This document shows positions 34,078-34,142 of a stretch of DNA of 34,142 nucleotides, one piece after another. The DNA lies in contig JBIKTK010000001.1 of the NCBI GenBank assembly GCA_044348125.1, forward strand, positions 1 to 34,142, read 5' to 3'. A program made the translations under genes and the position numbers. This stretch comes from Flavobacteriales bacterium (GTDB taxonomy: Bacteria > Bacteroidota > Bacteroidia > Flavobacteriales_D > Sanyastnellaceae). Below the pieces are notes generated by a model that saw nothing but the letters and a program-made list of their open reading frames with translations, made no database searches and had not been told where the DNA came from. The number at the start of each line of letters is the position of its first letter. The stretch's first letter is position 1.

Positions 34078-34142
34078 ACGTCATTTTTGAGCCAAAAAGG
34101 TCACGCAGAGAAATGAACCCTGGAGAGAAAGATTTGCTTTGG

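Larger units (their letters stand above)
32454..34142. mobile_element. Putative horizontally acquired low-GC islet next to tRNA-Ser (right boundary outside the window)
   Basis: Composition drops sharply: 32881..32940 has 27/60 G+C, against 36/60 at 6001..6060 and 53/60 at 12241..12300. The islet is tRNA-adjacent and carries a toxin-antitoxin cargo. No integrase or direct repeat of the tRNA 3' end is visible in the window. Confidence 0.35.

Noticed and set aside
32325-34142. Looked for a direct repeat of the tRNA-Ser 3' end (att site), or an integrase, to delimit the islet
   Set aside because: No copy of ggttcgaatccctcc or similar occurs downstream within the window, and no recombinase ORF is present. 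The mobile-element call therefore stays at low confidence.

Overview
High-GC (about 60-70%, locally higher) chromosomal window that looks Bacteroidota-like. The evidence is a Bat aerotolerance-type operon, an rny-zapA cluster, a serC-serA-DUF1015 cluster, T9SS-type C-terminal sorting domains, and perfect TAnnTTTG -7 promoter boxes in intergenic gaps.

About 32 kb is tightly packed housekeeping DNA:
- batB (partial)/batA/DUF4381-like/DUF58/moxR on the minus strand
- MazG-like gene, then thrS-infC-rpmI-rplT on the plus strand
- recA plus a TPR lipoprotein, bcp, and priA
- a secreted beta-propeller protein
- yggS-DUF1015-serA-serC, a MOP-family flippase, and rny-zapA plus a coiled-coil ORF
- an M23 peptidase

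Two regions look accessory. The first (25035..32122) holds two tandem, translationally coupled paralogous giant surface proteins of about 1150-1200 aa. Each has a shared N-terminal domain, Cys-bracketed Ig-like repeats and a gliding-motility/CHU_C-type (T9SS type B) C-terminal domain.

The second starts after tRNA-Ser(CGA) at 32238..32324. A 128-bp nested palindromic element is followed by an abrupt drop to about 45% GC. That low-GC segment carries a three-gene split-HipA (HipBST-type) toxin-antitoxin cassette with three phased TTATA-N10-TATAA operator-like palindromes, and it runs off the right edge.

I found no CRISPR array, transposase, integrase or rRNA. I see no convincingly new multi-gene system; the HipBST-like islet and the giant adhesin pair are the best candidates for follow-up. 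The many long ORFs lying antisense to recognisable genes are high-GC shadow ORFs.
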